Both the position numbers and the translations under genes were made by a program. From Candidatus Rokuibacteriota bacterium (GTDB lineage Bacteria > Methylomirabilota > Methylomirabilia > Rokubacteriales > CSP1-6), in assembly GCA_050731995.1 (NCBI GenBank), contig JBOHQB010000074.1, positions 1 through 33,198 of the forward strand: DNA of 33,198 bases, written 5' to 3'. Shown here one piece after another: positions 30,807 through 33,198 of this stretch (position 1 is the first letter of the stretch; each line of letters opens with the position of its first letter). The notes beneath the pieces are model-generated. The model ran no database searches, had not been told where the DNA came from, and saw nothing but the letters and a program-made list of their open reading frames with translations.

Positions 30807-31814
30807 GTGCCGTTCGCCTACTACGCGCGGCTGACGCGCCGGCAGCGGGCGATCTACGACAAGAGCGACGCGATCACCGAAATCCGTCTCGCGCGCCCCG
30901 AGGCGCTGCGGCCGTCGGTGGACGCGCTCGCGTCGGCGCTCGACGCGGAGGACCGGATGGCGACGCAACAGGCGACCCACGCACTGATCCGCGGACTCTG
31001 CGAGGCGATGGGCCTGCCCCCGGTGCGCGTGGAGGTGCTCGCGGCGCGGCCGCACGCGCGCTGGGGCGAATTGCACGGCCTCTACACGAACGAGCGGGGT
31101 CGGCCGCCGAAGATCCAGCTCTGGATGCGCACGGCCAAGCAGAAGCGCGTCGTGGCGTTCCGGACGTATCTCCGGACGCTCCTGCACGAGGTCGGGCACC
31201 ACACGGACTACACGGTGCTGCGGCTCGCGGATTCGTATCACACCGAGGGCTTCTACAAGCGGGAGTCGAGCCTGTTCCACCAGCTGGTTCCGGGCTCGCC
31301 CGAGAGGAGGGGCACGATGCCGACGCTGGAGGAGTACGCGAAGCTGCCGGTCGCCGACCGGCTCGAGCGGATGACCCGCACGGCGGATGAGCTCGCCGCC
31401 GCCGTCAAGGGACGCGACGATGCCGCGCTCTCACGCCGGCCCGATCCGAAGAACTTCGCGGCGAAGGAGTGCGTCTGCCATCTCCGCGACATCGAGGAGC
31501 TGTTCCTGAGCCGATTCCAGCTGATGACGGCCGTGGACGATCCGAAGCTGTTCTTCGATCCGGCCACGCCCGACCGCTGGGCGGAGGAGCGTCAGTATCT
31601 CCGACACGACGCCCAGCAGGCGGTCGCCGCCTTCCGGCGACGGCGCGAGGAGACGCTCGCCTTCCTCAACGGCCTGGCGCCGGAGCAGTGGAGGCGCGGT
31701 GGGATGCACGCCACGCGCGGTCGCGTGACGGTCGACGACTTCGTCACGCTGATGGCGTGGCACGACGACAACCACCTCGACCAGCTCGCGCGCGCGCTTG
31801 AGGGACGGGCCTAG
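30807..31814 (+). CDS. Hypothetical fusion protein: N-terminal HExxH (zinc-metallopeptidase-like) domain plus C-terminal DinB-like four-helix-bundle domain
   Basis: 335 aa. The GTG follows the upstream TAG directly. LLHEVGHH motif in the N-terminal half. The C-terminal half has DinB-type His spacing (CVCHLRDIEE ... MAWHDDNHLDQL). Confidence 0.55.
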   Translation: MPFAYYARLTRRQRAIYDKSDAITEIRLARPEALRPSVDALASALDAEDRMATQQATHALIRGLCEAMGLPPVRVEVLAARPHARWGELHGLYTNERGRPPKIQLWMRTAKQKRVVAFRTYLRTLLHEVGHHTDYTVLRLADSYHTEGFYKRESSLFHQLVPGSPERRGTMPTLEEYAKLPVADRLERMTRTADELAAAVKGRDDAALSRRPDPKNFAAKECVCHLRDIEELFLSRFQLMTAVDDPKLFFDPATPDRWAEERQYLRHDAQQAVAAFRRRREETLAFLNGLAPEQWRRGGMHATRGRVTVDDFVTLMAWHDDNHLDQLARALEGRA

Positions 31815-31817
31815 CGA

Positions 31818-33198
31818 CTACCGGCAGGTCTCGTCGGGGCTCCGCGCGTCCCGCACGGCACGGAACCGGTACCCATGGATCGTGTCCGGGACCGGCCGGC
31901 CCTCGGCCGGCCCCTGACCGACCGCCCGGGCCATCTCCTCCAGGAAGAACGGGTTACCGTCGTCCTTGGCGACGATTGCCTCGAGCATGTCGCCGCCGAT
32001 CCCGGCGCGGGGCCAGGCGCCCTGGAGCACGCTGAGGCTCTCGTCCCGCGAGAGCGGCGGCAGCGCGACCTGCGTGACGTCGGCGCGCGCGAGCCAGGCC
32101 GGACGCCGGCCCGGGCGATACGTGAGGAGGAGGAGGATCGACGCCCCGGGCACGCGCTCGCCGAGCGCGGCGAGGTGCTCGGCCGACAGCGGATCGATCC
32201 AGTGCAGGTCCTCGACCACCACGACGAGCGGCCGGCGGCGCGCGGCGGCGAGGGCGAGGCTCGTGAGCAGCTCGAGCGTGCGGACGTTGATCGCCTCCGG
32301 GCTCAGCGCGGCCAGCCGCTCGGCGCCTTCCTTCACCCCGAGCAGGTGCAGGAGGTAAGGGGCCGTGCCGTCGACAGCCAGGCCGGTATCGGCGAGAGTC
32401 TGCCGGACTTTGACCGCGATCGTGCCGGGGGTATCGGACTCGGTAACTCCGGCGGCGCGCCGGACGATCTCGATCACCGGCAGGAACGCGACATGCTCGC
32501 CGAAGGAGACGCACTGCCCGTCGAGCCACGTCGCGACGTCGGCCGGCAGCCCGCGCCGAAACTCGGCGACGAGGCGTGATTTGCCGATCCCCGCCTCGCC
32601 GGCGATCGCGACGACACGCCCACGCCCGCGACACGCGGCGTCGAAGCAGTCGCGCAGGAGCAGGAGCTCCTGACCGCGCCCGACGAAGCCCGTTCCCACC
32701 CGGCTGCTCCCGCCCGATCGCTCGGCCAGTCGGTAGGCGCCGGCATCGCCCGCGGCCGCCACCAGCTCGCAGCGTCGGTCCAGGAAGGGCGCGGCCGCGG
32801 CGTTGATCAGGATGCTACCGGGCTCGGCGTCATCGAGCAGCCGGTCGAGCCCGACGAGCGCGTCGCGCTTGGCGTCCTGGTCGATCTCGACGGTGCGTCC
32901 GCTGCGACCCACCATCAGCGTGCCCGCGTGGATGCCGAAGCGGAGCTCGACGCGCGAGCGGCCCGCGGCGTTCTGGATGGCGAGCGCCGAGTTCGCCGCG
33001 CGCCACGCCGCGTCATCCGCGCGGTCGATACCAAACGCGCCGACGAGCCCGCTCGCGGAGAGCCCGTCCACGCGCCCGCCGAAGGCGCGCACCTTCTCGA
33101 TGGCGGTCTCGAGCGCGCGCGCCGTTTCTGAGGCGGCGACGCCGTCGCGCCGAAAGGCGCGGATCCGGAGCAGCGCGATCGGACGCCGGTCCCAGCGC
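31818..33198 (-). CDS. Degenerate class III cyclase-homology domain plus AAA/P-loop (STAND-like) ATPase; 5' end outside window, C-terminally short
   Basis: The frame stays open upstream of the listed start (a GTG at 33092) to the window edge (..WDRRPIALLRIRAFRRDGVAASETARALETAIEKV..). Cyclase-like blocks GGRVDGLSASGLVGAFG and RFGIHAGTLMVG. Walker A GEAGIGKSRL. Walker B LVVVVEDLHWID. Ends soon after FFLEEMARAV. Confidence 0.7.
   Translation of the reverse strand, partial: RWDRRPIALLRIRAFRRDGVAASETARALETAIEKVRAFGGRVDGLSASGLVGAFGIDRADDAAWRAANSALAIQNAAGRSRVELRFGIHAGTLMVGRSGRTVEIDQDAKRDALVGLDRLLDDAEPGSILINAAAAPFLDRRCELVAAAGDAGAYRLAERSGGSSRVGTGFVGRGQELLLLRDCFDAACRGRGRVVAIAGEAGIGKSRLVAEFRRGLPADVATWLDGQCVSFGEHVAFLPVIEIVRRAAGVTESDTPGTIAVKVRQTLADTGLAVDGTAPYLLHLLGVKEGAERLAALSPEAINVRTLELLTSLALAAARRRPLVVVVEDLHWIDPLSAEHLAALGERVPGASILLLLTYRPGRRPAWLARADVTQVALPPLSRDESLSVLQGAWPRAGIGGDMLEAIVAKDDGNPFFLEEMARAVGQGPAEGRPVPDTIHGYRFRAVRDARSPDETCR

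Noticed and set aside
31818-33198. Cyclase-like gene as the source of the cNMP sensed by the RND-CNB fusion
   Set aside because: Both metal-binding Asp positions of the cyclase domain appear to be substituted, so it is probably inactive. It is also about 22 kb away in an unrelated transcription unit.

Overview
Very GC-rich bacterial chromosomal window. Codon position 3 is almost always G/C, so every real gene carries long antisense or out-of-frame shadow ORFs. I call 32 protein-coding genes (one doubtful, two cut by the window edges). I found no rRNA, tRNA, CRISPR array or mobile element. The main content, about 5.1-21.1 kb, is a convergent two-operon sterol biosynthesis supercluster. The plus-strand operon runs methyltransferase, small membrane protein, Dus, MaoC hotdog, outer-membrane beta-barrel, LolA-like periplasmic protein, an RND/MMPL exporter with a C-terminal cyclic-nucleotide-binding domain, and squalene epoxidase. 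It meets the end of a minus-strand gene set: PLP enzyme, EBP-like isomerase, ERG4/ERG24-type sterol reductase, geranylgeranyl-reductase-like flavoprotein, a 371-nt gap, 3beta-HSD/SdmB-like SDR, CYP51, two tandem SdmA-like Rieske oxygenases, and an oxidosqualene cyclase with the VSDCTAE motif. Most junctions are 1-4 nt stop/start overlaps. Left flank: a truncated family-5 ABC substrate-binding protein and an amidohydrolase. Right flank: a class-V aminotransferase, a LemA/TPM/TPM/small secreted protein module, a beta-oxidation-like module (double hotdog, paired acyl-CoA dehydrogenases, family III CoA-transferase, crotonase), an HExxH-DinB fusion, and a truncated degenerate cyclase/P-loop STAND-like gene. 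The most interesting hypotheses are: (i) an envelope-spanning OMP/LolA-like/RND module translationally tied to squalene epoxidase acts as a sterol export route under cNMP control; (ii) a GGR-like flavoprotein acts as a non-canonical sterol double-bond reductase; (iii) the duplicated SdmA-type oxygenases perform bacterial-type C-4 demethylation. All functional calls rest on motif and collinearity recognition by eye. No database search was run.
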